A DNA stretch of 63,978 nucleotides, the filler included, from Candidatus Woesearchaeota archaeon (lineage in GTDB: Archaea > Nanobdellota > Nanobdellia > Woesearchaeales > CG1-02-33-12): the NCBI GenBank assembly GCA_018399355.1. It is 6 parts of 6 records of this genome, joined end to end, with 100 filler letters (N's around TTAATTAATTAA, not from the genome) between each part and the next. Parts side by side here need not be neighbours in the genome. Positions count along the whole stretch, not along the records: positions 12,739 to 24,999 come from JAGYOA010000028.1; positions 25,100 to 36,633 come from JAGYOA010000029.1; 4 more parts are not named here. One strand, given 5' to 3'. Shown in pieces: positions 18,029-27,863 of the stretch. Under the pieces are notes generated by a model that was not told where the DNA came from, did not search any database, and was given only the letters and a program-made list of their open reading frames with translations. The first letter of the stretch is position 1. Every line of letters begins with the position of its first letter. The position numbers were made by a program, and so were the translations under genes.

Positions 18029-19810
18029 TCAAACAACAAACTTGCCTTTCTTTATTATCCAGTGCATTTTATTGTCTTTATCAAGGCCGTATATATCCAT
18101 TTTCTGCTTTGGTGAGTTAATCACAATATCCCAATGATACAATGTTTTCCTGTCAGGGTCAAAACCCATGCCCAATGCAATATGAATCATCCTTGCTATT
18201 TTTTCATTAACAATCAGATAATCAGAAAGTTTTGCATGTGGATTAAGGTTGACTGCAAACTCTCCAATATAATTAAAGCATCTTTTGTACATATCTGTCA
18301 TTGATTTAGGAAGGGCCTTATTTTTTTCTATTCCTTTTATCTTTTTTATAACATCCTTTTTCTGTTTTTTAATCTTGTCAACTATATTTTTTGGGCCGTC
18401 AATTATTCTGTAAATGTTATCTTTCACTTTTATAACTAAGGGCTTTCCCTTGTCAAGGCGATAGCTCTGGTCAATGTTTATCACAACATCTCCAACAAAC
18501 AATCCTTCTAGTTTTTCTGGTGTTACAAATACCTCTCCTGAAGGAAAATTAGCATAAAGACCTGTTTTAAGCCCTGTTTCCTTGTAATACTGCTTGTCTA
18601 TCTTTGAGGTTACATCAGAATCAGATGCAATAAAATACCTTCTTTTGTTTTTCTCACCAACTAAATGCACTGTGATGTCTGTTTTAAGACCTTTAATTTC
18701 CTTTCCAATAACCCTTATTTTCTCGCACTTGTCAAGTATTGATTTTATCTTGCTGCTCCTCTTCCTTATTGTTTCATAGTTAACATTGCATGTTTCAATA
18801 AAAATATCTATAGGGAGTGTTTCTGTCATTGCATATCTCATCATAGGGTCACGACTTTCATATTTTGTCTGTGCTTCATATCTGTCTTTAAGCATCATCT
18901 GCCCGGGGCTCATCCATCTTGACTTTTTGTTTAAGGTTGGATAACCAATATTCTCTCCAAAAAACATCTTTCCAGAATATCCCTTTCCATGTATTCCAAA
19001 TCCTGCATCAACAAACTCCATTTTATTTGATTCAATTAATGGAGAAAGTTTTTTGAATTTCTTGAAAACAGCTTCATCAACATTTTTATCAATCTCACAT
19101 CCTGTTAAGGTGGATTTTAAATCAACTGTTCTCATGCTTTTTGCAACCATTGAAAATCTGTTTGTTGATGCTCCCAAAGAAACATCAGCTTTCATCTTTT
19201 TTGCCTGAAAGGCCATTGCCATCGCAATATCATAAGACCCAAGATAATCATTTAATGGAAGTTCTAGATCTTCTTTTTTGGGTATTAGTTCAAAGGTTAT
19301 TCCAATCCTCTCATTTTTCTTTAAATCATAACCTTTCTTAAGGATTGTTTTTGCAGTTTCAACAAGCTCATTCCATCTGTATTTTTTATGCCAATCGTAT
19401 TTATACCCTAAATCAATTGTTCCCTTAAATCCATTTTTTCCTGATTCTATGAAAAACTCAGGTTTTTTGAATATATCCTTGAAAGCCTTTGTTTTTGTTC
19501 TTCTATTAACTTCCTTTATAAAAGAGTCAAGTGCTTTTGTCTTATTTGTCTTAAGGCCTTTCTTTAAATCATCATAAGCCTGCCATATATTTTTCAGGAT
19601 CTCAAGATTTTGTGATTTTTCATTCTTTACAACAACATGCATATCTGCATTAAGGTTATGTACTGCCCTGCTTAAAGGGGCCAGAGAATAAAATGATTTT
19701 TCATTCTTTAAATCACAGACAACAAACAAAATCTTATTCTCAATCTTGCCTTTCAGCTGCTTTTCATAATAATTCACATTGCTGTTGAATTTTCTTTTAT
19801 TGTATTTCAT
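18029..19810 (-). CDS. M29/aminopeptidase T-like metallopeptidase with long N-terminal region
   Basis: NFPSGEVFVTP, IGEFAVNLNP, EKIARMIHIALG, HWDIVI. Confidence 0.7.
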   Translation of the reverse strand: MKYNKRKFNSNVNYYEKQLKGKIENKILFVVCDLKNEKSFYSLAPLSRAVHNLNADMHVVVKNEKSQNLEILKNIWQAYDDLKKGLKTNKTKALDSFIKEVNRRTKTKAFKDIFKKPEFFIESGKNGFKGTIDLGYKYDWHKKYRWNELVETAKTILKKGYDLKKNERIGITFELIPKKEDLELPLNDYLGSYDIAMAMAFQAKKMKADVSLGASTNRFSMVAKSMRTVDLKSTLTGCEIDKNVDEAVFKKFKKLSPLIESNKMEFVDAGFGIHGKGYSGKMFFGENIGYPTLNKKSRWMSPGQMMLKDRYEAQTKYESRDPMMRYAMTETLPIDIFIETCNVNYETIRKRSSKIKSILDKCEKIRVIGKEIKGLKTDITVHLVGEKNKRRYFIASDSDVTSKIDKQYYKETGLKTGLYANFPSGEVFVTPEKLEGLFVGDVVINIDQSYRLDKGKPLVIKVKDNIYRIIDGPKNIVDKIKKQKKDVIKKIKGIEKNKALPKSMTDMYKRCFNYIGEFAVNLNPHAKLSDYLIVNEKIARMIHIALGMGFDPDRKTLYHWDIVINSPKQKMDIYGLDKDNKMHWIIKKGKFVV

Positions 19811-20477
19811 AATTCATCAACCTCTTTTCGCTTTTTGTTAATATTATTGGTTTTTGTCTTAAAAGAATTGTGTCCTCAATCCTGATTCCATAATTCCTAA
19901 GATATATGCCTGGTTCAATAGTAAAGGCCATACCTTTATCAAGCTTTTCATTTGACTTGATACTTATGTAAGGTTTTTCATGAATTCTTTTTCCAAGCCC
20001 GTGGCCTGTGCTGTGAATCATCTTCTTATTATATCTTTTAAGATGCTTTCTTGCCTCATTAGCTATATCTTTACATAAAACTCCTGGCTTTAATTTTTTT
20101 ATTGCGCTTGTCTGTGATTTCAAAACCATGTTGTAAAGCTGTTTTTCTTTTTTTGAAGGTTTTCCAATAAAAATAGTCCGAGTCATATCAGAGCAGTATC
20201 CATTATACTTAACACCAAAGTCAATAACGCAGAATCCCCTTGATAAATCCTTGTTGTTTTCCTCATAATGAGGATTAGAAGCGCTTTTTCCGGATGCAAC
20301 TATTGGTTTAAAAGACTGCTTAAGCTTTCTTTTTTTTATTTCTTGTTTAATAAATCCTGCTATATCTGACTCATTTTTAAAATTAAAATTTTTAATCATC
20401 TTTTTGAATATAGAATCAGTTATTATACATGCCTTTTTTATGTTTTTTATTTCTTCTTTTGTTTTTATCTTTGCCAT
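19797..20477 (-). CDS. M24B Xaa-Pro peptidase, catalytic domain only
   Basis: IDFG..Y.SDMTRT, HSTGHGLG..IHE.P, TIEPGIY, GIRIED. Confidence 0.9.
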   Translation of the reverse strand: MAKIKTKEEIKNIKKACIITDSIFKKMIKNFNFKNESDIAGFIKQEIKKRKLKQSFKPIVASGKSASNPHYEENNKDLSRGFCVIDFGVKYNGYCSDMTRTIFIGKPSKKEKQLYNMVLKSQTSAIKKLKPGVLCKDIANEARKHLKRYNKKMIHSTGHGLGKRIHEKPYISIKSNEKLDKGMAFTIEPGIYLRNYGIRIEDTILLRQKPIILTKSEKRLMNYEIQ

Positions 20478-20519
20478 TTTAAGCAAAGAATTATAAATCA
20501 TTAAAAAATCTTTGTTTTT

Positions 20520-21722
20520 ATGTTAAAGAAATACAAGCTGAAAAACGGAATGAGAATAATTGAGCTGAAAAGAAAATCAGATATTGTTACTGTACAAATC
20601 AATGTTAATGTTGGCTCAATAAATGAGACAAAAAAAATAAGAGGAATATCCCATTTTATTGAACATATACTTTTTGAGGGAACGAAGAAAAGGAGTTCTG
20701 AGGAGATTGCAAACAGCATTGAAAGCTTAGGAGGGCAGCTTCTTGCATACACTTCAGATGAAAACACGTGTTTTTTTGTCAAAATAAAAAAGGAATATTT
20801 TGAAAAAGCCCTTGATATTTTGTCAGATATTCTTATTAATCCTTGTTTTGAAAAAAAGTTAATTGAAAAGGAAAGAAAGATAATATTAAGCGAGGTAAGC
20901 ATGGTTAAGGACCAGCCACTGCACTACCAGTTTGTGTTATTTTCACAGGCATTATTTGATAAGTTTCCAGCAAAAAACCCAATATATGGAAGTGTTGAAA
21001 CAGTTAAGTCAATAACAAGAAAAAATTTGATTGATTATCATAAAAAATTTTACACTGCTCCAAACATGATATTAAGTGTTGTGGGAGATGTAAAAAACTG
21101 TAAGGAAAAAGTAAAGAAATATTTTGAAAAAACAAATAAGAGTAAAGTAAAAATATTGTTTAAGGAAGAGAAAAAGAACAGAAAAAAAACAATAACAGAA
21201 AAAAGGAAAATCAATCAAAGCTATGCGGTTTTAGGTTATAAGATTCCTAAAAGAAACAATAGAGATTCATATGTATTTGATGTTATAAGAGCTGTTCTTG
21301 GCCGCGGCCTTTCAGGAAAGCTTTTTAGGGAGATTAGGGTTAAGTACGGCCTTGCATATGATGTTGGTGTTTACAATGAGCCTGGAATAAATTATGGTAT
21401 TTTTGCTGTTTATTTCTCAACAGACAAGAAAAACATAAAACAATGCATAGAGATAACCTTAAATGAGTTTAAAAAACTTAAAAATATAACAAAAAAAGAA
21501 TTAGATGAGGCAAAAAAGTTTATTGAAGGAGAATTTGCAGTGAATAATGAGGACAGCCAGAGGTTAGCAGCTAACTTAAACAAGTGGGAAATTTCATCAA
21601 AAGCAGAAGACTGCCTTGATTATGTAAAACAAATAAAGGAAGTTTCAATAAAAGATATATCAATAATAGCTGAAAAATACCTAAATGAAAAATATTCTAT
21701 TGCTGTAATAGAACAATCATGA
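20520..21722 (+). CDS. M16 (pitrilysin/insulinase) zinc peptidase
   Basis: Inverted zinc motif GISHFIEHILFEGT; KLFREIRVKYGLAY. Confidence 0.92.
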   Translation: MLKKYKLKNGMRIIELKRKSDIVTVQINVNVGSINETKKIRGISHFIEHILFEGTKKRSSEEIANSIESLGGQLLAYTSDENTCFFVKIKKEYFEKALDILSDILINPCFEKKLIEKERKIILSEVSMVKDQPLHYQFVLFSQALFDKFPAKNPIYGSVETVKSITRKNLIDYHKKFYTAPNMILSVVGDVKNCKEKVKKYFEKTNKSKVKILFKEEKKNRKKTITEKRKINQSYAVLGYKIPKRNNRDSYVFDVIRAVLGRGLSGKLFREIRVKYGLAYDVGVYNEPGINYGIFAVYFSTDKKNIKQCIEITLNEFKKLKNITKKELDEAKKFIEGEFAVNNEDSQRLAANLNKWEISSKAEDCLDYVKQIKEVSIKDISIIAEKYLNEKYSIAVIEQS

Positions 21723-22796
21723 TTATCTTGTAACTTTGAAGCTCCTTACTTTCTCAAGAAGCTCTTTGGCCTTCTTATTTTTCTCAAAATGATCCCTTAC
21801 AGGCCTTACAATCTCATTAAGATAATAAGCTGTTGCTTTTTTTAAGTCAACAGGATGCAAATCACCTGAGCTAAAAACTTTAACAAGCTCATCATAACTG
21901 TTTATTTCTAAATCTCCTCCAAACTTTTCAGGCCTTACAATACTCATTGTTTTAAACTTTTCAAATATAATATATTTTGCATATTCCATTAATGGATTCT
22001 CTTCAACTATTTTTTCAGAGCAATATGCCTTGTTTATTTTTCTATTTATATCCTGTTCTGTGTCTGTCATGAATATTGCGCTATCAGGCTTTGATTTCGA
22101 CATCTTTAAGTCAATTCCGCGCTCAGCCCCTGTGCTTGCACTTGTTGGTTTTCCCAAACCCATAAGCATATGATGGCTTACAACAACTGGTTTTCCCCAG
22201 TTAAGCTTTGGGCCAACTTCACGGGCAAGCATATTGACCTTTCTTTGATCCATACCAAGCTGGGCTATATCTGCCTCTAATTCAAATATATCAGCACACT
22301 GCATACAAGGATATAATATTTGAGAGGCCTGCTGTACATCACCATCATTTCTTCCCATAATCTGGCCGCATCTTGTTATTCTTTTCACAGTTGTGTTTCT
22401 TGCAATCTGCATTACCCTTTTCCAATAATCCATGTTATTTACTATATCTGATGCCCTTAGAAATTTAACCTTATCAACATTCATTCCGCATGCTTTCCAC
22501 ACTTCTATAAGATAATCGCCGCAAATCTGTATTTTGCTTAGGTCTCCACCAAGCTTGTTGTTTGCCCATCCGTGCCAGTCAGCAGCGTACATTTTAAAAT
22601 TAACACCTGCATCAACCATCTTATTAACATTTATTGCTCTCATTACGCCCTGGGCTATGTGAATTTGGCCTGAAGGCTCAAAACCGTCATAAGCTATTGG
22701 ATGCTCTTTTGTCTGAAAAATCTCTTTAAGCTCCTCTTCTGTGACTATTTCCTCTCCAACCTGCTTTACAAGCTCAATTTTTTTGTTTATATCCAT
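21723..22796 (-). CDS. tyrS: Tyrosyl-tRNA synthetase
   Basis: YDGFEPSG, HIAQ, YPCMQCADI, GMDQRK, KMSKS. Confidence 0.95.
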   Translation of the reverse strand: MDINKKIELVKQVGEEIVTEEELKEIFQTKEHPIAYDGFEPSGQIHIAQGVMRAINVNKMVDAGVNFKMYAADWHGWANNKLGGDLSKIQICGDYLIEVWKACGMNVDKVKFLRASDIVNNMDYWKRVMQIARNTTVKRITRCGQIMGRNDGDVQQASQILYPCMQCADIFELEADIAQLGMDQRKVNMLAREVGPKLNWGKPVVVSHHMLMGLGKPTSASTGAERGIDLKMSKSKPDSAIFMTDTEQDINRKINKAYCSEKIVEENPLMEYAKYIIFEKFKTMSIVRPEKFGGDLEINSYDELVKVFSSGDLHPVDLKKATAYYLNEIVRPVRDHFEKNKKAKELLEKVRSFKVTR

Positions 22797-22827
22797 TTCA
22801 ACCAATATTAAGAATTAAAAGCAAATA

Positions 22828-23106
22828 TTAAAATGTTTTTGTTTTAAAGTTGAAAGAAAGCTGATTAGGACTTTTCTTTTTGATTTGCTCATAAACTTTT
22901 TTATGTTTATTGTATTCGCAAACAAAATTATAATTTACCTTGAAAAAAGGGTCTTCTTTAATCCTTCTTCTATATTTTCCATCTAATTCTGTTAATGGTT
23001 CCTGAATACTGCAATAAACCCCTTCATCATCATTCACAGAATATATTGGTTTTCCCTTACCTCTTTTTATACATAAATCACAAAGATCACTGATTTCTTT
23101 TTTCAT
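22828..23106 (-). CDS. Small hypothetical protein with four Cys
   Basis: CDLC...C...C; C-terminal QLSFNF. Confidence 0.55.
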   Translation of the reverse strand: MKKEISDLCDLCIKRGKGKPIYSVNDDEGVYCSIQEPLTELDGKYRRRIKEDPFFKVNYNFVCEYNKHKKVYEQIKKKSPNQLSFNFKTKTF

Positions 23107-23204
23107 AAAAAAAGGCTTAGCTAAATAATATTAAAAGGTTTTTATTTAAGAAAATATTTTTTAGAAAAGTGGTTTTATAATTTATATTAAAAATTAAATT
23201 TAAT

Positions 23205-24131
23205 TTATACAAATTCTTTATTATCTAAAACATTGGCCTCTTTATAATCTCTTTTTAGTAAATTAGATTGTTTCTCTCCTGATCCTGATTCTATAAACGT
23301 GTTAAATCCTTCTTTGATTGCTTTTTTTAGGGATTTTTCCCATTGCACTGTTTTGTATATCTGTCCAACCAAAGACTCTTTTATTTCGTCTGGTTCTGTT
23401 ATAAAGTCTCCGTTCAAGTTGGAAATATAAGGAATTTTTGGCTTATTGATTTTGATATCTTCTAATACTTTCCTCATTTTGTCTGCAGCAGGTTTCATAA
23501 TGCTTGAATGAAAAGGCCCCTCAACATTAAGATAAACTACTTTTTTGATGTTTTCTTGGTTTTTGAGATGTTCTACTGTGTTTACCAAGGCATTATTATT
23601 CCCAGATATTATTATTTGTGATGGAGAATTTATATTTGCAATCTCAACAATATCTTTTTCTGATGAATATTTACAACACACTTCTTTAACCAAATCAACT
23701 AGTTTTGGATTATTGTTTAAAACAGCTGCCATGTAAGAAGTGCCTGGCTTTATCTTTTTTTTAGGTATGCATTCACTCATTAATTTTGCCCTTTTGCTTG
23801 CTAAGGTTATTGAATCTTCCAATGATATTACTTCTGAGGCAGCTAAAGCAGAGTATTCCCCAATAGAATGTCCAAGATTTAATAAACATGGAACTTTCTC
23901 TTTTAAAACATAAAAATGAGCCATATTGTTTAATAGAATGGCTGGCTGGCAATGAATTGTTTTCTTTAGTTCTTCTTTTGGGCCATTAAACATCAAATTG
24001 GTGATATCATACCCTAAAATCTCATTACCTTTATCAAAAATTTCCTTAACAGAATCATATTTTTTATACAATTCTTCTCCCATATGTTTAGATTGAGAGC
24101 CCTGGCCTGGAAAAACATAACTTATTTTCAT
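23205..24131 (-). CDS. fabD: Malonyl-CoA:ACP transacylase (bacterial type)
   Basis: VFPGQGSQ, QPAI, GHSIGEY (catalytic Ser), conserved Arg in SKRAKLM, ANINSPSQIIISG, GPFHS. Confidence 0.9.
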   Translation of the reverse strand: MKISYVFPGQGSQSKHMGEELYKKYDSVKEIFDKGNEILGYDITNLMFNGPKEELKKTIHCQPAILLNNMAHFYVLKEKVPCLLNLGHSIGEYSALAASEVISLEDSITLASKRAKLMSECIPKKKIKPGTSYMAAVLNNNPKLVDLVKEVCCKYSSEKDIVEIANINSPSQIIISGNNNALVNTVEHLKNQENIKKVVYLNVEGPFHSSIMKPAADKMRKVLEDIKINKPKIPYISNLNGDFITEPDEIKESLVGQIYKTVQWEKSLKKAIKEGFNTFIESGSGEKQSNLLKRDYKEANVLDNKEFV

Positions 24132-24207
24132 TAATAAACCTCTTTTGTTTTTGATTTTTAATATATAAATAACTTTGTAAATTTAATTAATAAACAAGAA
24201 AAATTAA

Positions 24208-24999
24208 TTACTTAAGGTCTTTCCAAATTGAGTCAAACATCTTGCTCATTGCTGAAGCAAATACTGGTGTTTTAACCCATACTCCAAAATCATAGCTTGG
24301 ATGAATATCTTTGTCATCCATTGCCATAAACCATAAATCCTTATTGTCAATCACACAAAATCTGGCATTCATATCTTTTATATTTCTTAGTTCAGCAAAT
24401 TTAGAAAGTTCTTCTGTTATTTTTTTGGAATTATTTTCTATTGGTGCAGCAATCTTTATTTTAACACCATTTTCGCTTAATTTTTTAAGGGTTTTTTTAA
24501 GAATTTTATTTTTTCTTTCAAGACCTTCTGCTGTTGTCATAAGAAAAACATTTTCAGTTGCATTTTTCATAAGCATATCTAAATGGTTATATGAATTCTG
24601 CCTTCCCTTTAATGAACCTGAAAAGTCATTTGGCTCTATCATCTTAACGCCGTTTGTAAACAATGCATTAAGCTCATTTAAAACTCCTGATGATTTTATA
24701 TTATCAAGAAGCTTTCTTTTATGATTTGTATCTTCATCAATCTTTTTCTTTATTCTTTCAATAACCTCTTCTGGCTGCACAGCAATATATTTTATAGGCT
24801 TTCCAACCTTCATTATAATAAATCCTTTTCTTTCCAATGACTCTAGAACATCATAACTTCTTGACCTTGGAACATTTGCAATATCACTTAACTCTCCTGC
24901 TGTTGAAACACCTCTTGATAAAAGTGCAGTCCAAAGCTTTGATTCATAGCTGTTCAACCCAAAATCCTTTATTTTCATTAAAAAATCCTTTTTTACAAT
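24208..24999 (-). CDS. TrmB-family transcriptional regulator; start codon cut by contig end
   Basis: GLNSYE..., STAGELSDIANVPRSRSYDVLESLERKG wHTH; frame open to the contig edge (IVKKDFLMK). Confidence 0.88.
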   Translation of the reverse strand: MVKKDFLMKIKDFGLNSYESKLWTALLSRGVSTAGELSDIANVPRSRSYDVLESLERKGFIIMKVGKPIKYIAVQPEEVIERIKKKIDEDTNHKRKLLDNIKSSGVLNELNALFTNGVKMIEPNDFSGSLKGRQNSYNHLDMLMKNATENVFLMTTAEGLERKNKILKKTLKKLSENGVKIKIAAPIENNSKKITEELSKFAELRNIKDMNARFCVIDNKDLWFMAMDDKDIHPSYDFGVWVKTPVFASAMSKMFDSIWKDLK

Positions 25000-25099
25000 N
25001 NNNNNNNNNNNNNNNNNNNNNNNNNNNNNNNNNNNNNNNNNNNTTAATTAATTAANNNNNNNNNNNNNNNNNNNNNNNNNNNNNNNNNNNNNNNNNNNN
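25000..25099. other. Artificial contig spacer
   Basis: 44 N + TTAATTAATTAA + 44 N. Confidence 0.98.
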
Positions 25100-25108
25100 T
25101 ATCATCAT

Positions 25109-25744
25109 TTATTTCAAAACCTTTCCTGTTTTCATGAACCACATATAAAGGTCAAGCTCTGCAGAATTCATATTAAGCTTTTTTGCGAGGGCATTAAAAA
25201 TATCCTCAATCTCAATATATTTTTTTCTTGTAATTGATTTTGGAATTTCCTTTATTAATTTATTTTCCTTCATAACTCTGAGGATATGCCTGTCTATTAT
25301 TGCAATTTTTTTATAGCCAACATTTCTCATAAAATGGCTTGCCTCCTTAAAACCAAGGCCCTTTATATTGTCAGCAAGCCATTGCCTTGCTTTTTTCTCT
25401 CCTTCTTTATTTGTTAAACTAATTATCTTGTCCTTTATGTCAATATGCTCTCTTGCACAGATAATATATTTTGCCTTGTTGTTGTGAAAGCGGTGCTTGT
25501 TTTTTCTTATTGTATCTTTTATTTTATCATGCGAATATTCACAAAAACCTTTTGATTTTAATTCATCCTGAATTTTAAGCCCTGTAACTGCCTTGGAATT
25601 AGCAGTTAAGATGCAAAAGCAAAGTTCTGAAAACCACTCTTTTGTGTTTTTATCTTTAAAGCTTTCAAATTCCTTTAATCTTTTGTCTACAGTTTTCCTC
25701 AATTTAGAATTTTTTAAGTTTTTTATTTCATCAATTAATTTCAT
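25109..25744 (-). CDS. ogg: 8-oxoguanine DNA glycosylase/AP lyase (archaeal Ogg2 type)
   Basis: ELCFCILTAN, HRFHNNKA, IKGLGFKEASHFMRNVG, IIDRHILR, C-terminal LDLYMWFMKTGKVLK. Confidence 0.93.
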   Translation of the reverse strand: MKLIDEIKNLKNSKLRKTVDKRLKEFESFKDKNTKEWFSELCFCILTANSKAVTGLKIQDELKSKGFCEYSHDKIKDTIRKNKHRFHNNKAKYIICAREHIDIKDKIISLTNKEGEKKARQWLADNIKGLGFKEASHFMRNVGYKKIAIIDRHILRVMKENKLIKEIPKSITRKKYIEIEDIFNALAKKLNMNSAELDLYMWFMKTGKVLK

Positions 25745-25763
25745 GTTAAGAAAAATAAAAAAA

Positions 25764-26147
25764 TCAGTTCACCCAAAGTCCGTGCACATTGCAGAGTATT
25801 CTTGCCTTTAATCCCTCAGTGTTTGGGATACAGAATTCTGCCTCTGGCTTATCCCCTGCTTTTAGACGTTTTCCAACCATTACATTGCCATCCTTAATAA
25901 CCTGTATTAATTCAATATGATGCTTTTCTTCCATTGGATGAGGTATAAAACCAACCTTTACCTTTATTCCCTCTTCTGTTGTTTCTATAACAGGAACATG
26001 TTTCTCTTTTCCTTCCTGTCCCTCTGTGTGCTCTTCAAGAAGATTCATAGGCTGTCCGCAGCATACTAGTTCACCAACACCATTTTCAATTACAGAAACA
26101 AGATTTCCGCATATTTCGCATTTATACATCTGACCAACTTCAGTCAT
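25764..26147 (-). CDS. dfx: Desulfoferrodoxin (2Fe superoxide reductase)
   Basis: YKCEICGN...CCGQPM, EKHVP, HPMEEKHHI, CNVHGLW. Confidence 0.95.
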   Translation of the reverse strand: MTEVGQMYKCEICGNLVSVIENGVGELVCCGQPMNLLEEHTEGQEGKEKHVPVIETTEEGIKVKVGFIPHPMEEKHHIELIQVIKDGNVMVGKRLKAGDKPEAEFCIPNTEGLKARILCNVHGLWVN

Positions 26148-26189
26148 ATTACCACCCCAAATTAAAAAATTATAAAGAAATATAAAAAC

Positions 26190-26435
26190 TTATTCTTTTT
26201 CGGTTTTTTCAATCTCTTTTTCTATTGCAGGCTTGTCAAAACCAACAATTATCTTTCCGTTTATCTCTATTTGTGGAACTCCCATCTGTCCTGATTTTGA
26301 TATCATTTCCTTTGCTTTCTCCTGGTCTTTTGAGACATCAAATTCCTCAAAAGATATGTTTTTTTCTTTGAGAAAATCCTTCAATACATTGCACCAGGGG
26401 CACATCGGTGTTGAGTATACTTTTATTTCTGCCAT
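26190..26435 (-). CDS. Glutaredoxin/NrdH-like redoxin
   Basis: YSTPMCPWC, GQMGVPQI, IVGFD. Confidence 0.92.
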   Translation of the reverse strand: MAEIKVYSTPMCPWCNVLKDFLKEKNISFEEFDVSKDQEKAKEMISKSGQMGVPQIEINGKIIVGFDKPAIEKEIEKTEKE

Positions 26436-26444
26436 TTTTCCTCC

Positions 26445-26990
26445 TTATTCACAGCATTCACATCCTTCTTCAAAGCACATGCACTCTGGCTCATAGTACT
26501 CTTTTGGATGTTTGCATGATGGACACTCTTCTGGCGGTTCTGTTCCCTCATGAACATATCCGCACTTAGAGCATTTCCACCTTATTGGTTTTTGTCTTTT
26601 GTAAACAGTTCCTTTTTCAACCATTTCCAAGAGCTTTTTGTATCTCTTTTCATGATTTTCCTCTACTTCGGCAATTTCTGTGAAAAGTTTTGCAGCTTCT
26701 TCATTACCTTCCTCTTCTGCCTCTTTTTTCATTCTTGGATACATCTTTGTATGCTCAAAATTCTCTCCCTCAATTGCTGCCTTTAAATTTGCCTTTGTGT
26801 CTCCTATTCCTTTTAAAAGCTTGAACTCGTCTTTAGCATGCTGAGATTCATTGATTGCAGTTTCCTCAAATATTTTGGCAATATAATGATATCCCTGTTT
26901 TCTTGCGACCTTTGCAAAATAATCATATTTGTTTCTTGCCTGGCTCTCCCCAGAAAAAGCTTCTTTTAGATTTTCTTCTGTTTTGCTCAT
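26445..26990 (-). CDS. rbr: Rubrerythrin
   Basis: AFSGESQA..Y, E..H twice, rubredoxin-like WKCSKCGY...CPSCKHP. Confidence 0.95.
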   Translation of the reverse strand: MSKTEENLKEAFSGESQARNKYDYFAKVARKQGYHYIAKIFEETAINESQHAKDEFKLLKGIGDTKANLKAAIEGENFEHTKMYPRMKKEAEEEGNEEAAKLFTEIAEVEENHEKRYKKLLEMVEKGTVYKRQKPIRWKCSKCGYVHEGTEPPEECPSCKHPKEYYEPECMCFEEGCECCE

Positions 26991-27167
26991 TCTACCAACC
27001 CCCTAGAAGTTTAAATAAAGTAATTTCCTAATCATATTTAAACCTATTGAAAAAAAAGCAAAACCTAAAAAAGAGATAAATTTACTACTTACATGTAATA
27101 ACAAAATAGAAAGATTTATATACTAGTTTTACTTATAATCTTAATATATAATGGAGGTGTTAATAAA

Positions 27168-27806
27168 ATGGTAAATGCTTTAATTGATAAATTAAATGAT
27201 GAGGATATTCAGGAAGTTAAAGATAGAAGAGAAATGGTGGAAAACAAAATAGATAGAATGGTTTGGCCTTTTGGTGGTATTGACAGTTATGCAATAGGTA
27301 ATGTCTCATATATTGAGGATGGAAAAGAGGTTACTGAAAGAGTTAAATGGCAAAAGGCTTATGAGCTTGCTGAAAAGAAAAATGAAGGTAAAATTTATAA
27401 TATAAAGATTTTGCCACATGACTTAGGAAAACTTCTTGGATCAGTTGACCGTTCTTTAGGAGCAGCCTTAAGCACATCTCCAAGAAATGTAAATGGAAAA
27501 ATAAAACATGCAGTAGAATCAATAAGTATGCTTTATATCTTAGGAGAAAAACATTCTCAAGAATTCACTGACAAAATTAAGGAAGGGCTTAAAAGTGGAA
27601 AAAATCCCTCAGTCGCAGAAGCAATAGGAACTATGCTTCTAGGATATAATATGATGGATATGTATGATGGTATTTTTGGTAAGAGATTCGAAAATATAAA
27701 TGACAAATATAATCAAGATAGGGACCCATTAACATCAAAAATAGAAGAGTGTAACATAAGAAAGGGAAAGAATGTAGTAGATTATATTGGTTATTTAAGA
27801 AAATAA
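27168..27806 (+). CDS. Hypothetical protein
   Basis: 212-aa ORF; GAAAGATTTATA BRE/TATA at about 27109-27120 and GGAGGTG RBS; no motif recognised. Confidence 0.7.
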   Translation: MVNALIDKLNDEDIQEVKDRREMVENKIDRMVWPFGGIDSYAIGNVSYIEDGKEVTERVKWQKAYELAEKKNEGKIYNIKILPHDLGKLLGSVDRSLGAALSTSPRNVNGKIKHAVESISMLYILGEKHSQEFTDKIKEGLKSGKNPSVAEAIGTMLLGYNMMDMYDGIFGKRFENINDKYNQDRDPLTSKIEECNIRKGKNVVDYIGYLRK

Positions 27807-27863
27807 TTTTTTTTTATTTTCTAACACAAAAACTTTATATATTGGGCCTATTTCTTTTAGAGA

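Noticed and set aside
22655..22690. TyrRS HIAQ instead of HIGH
   Set aside because: Known variant in a TyrRS subgroup; not novel
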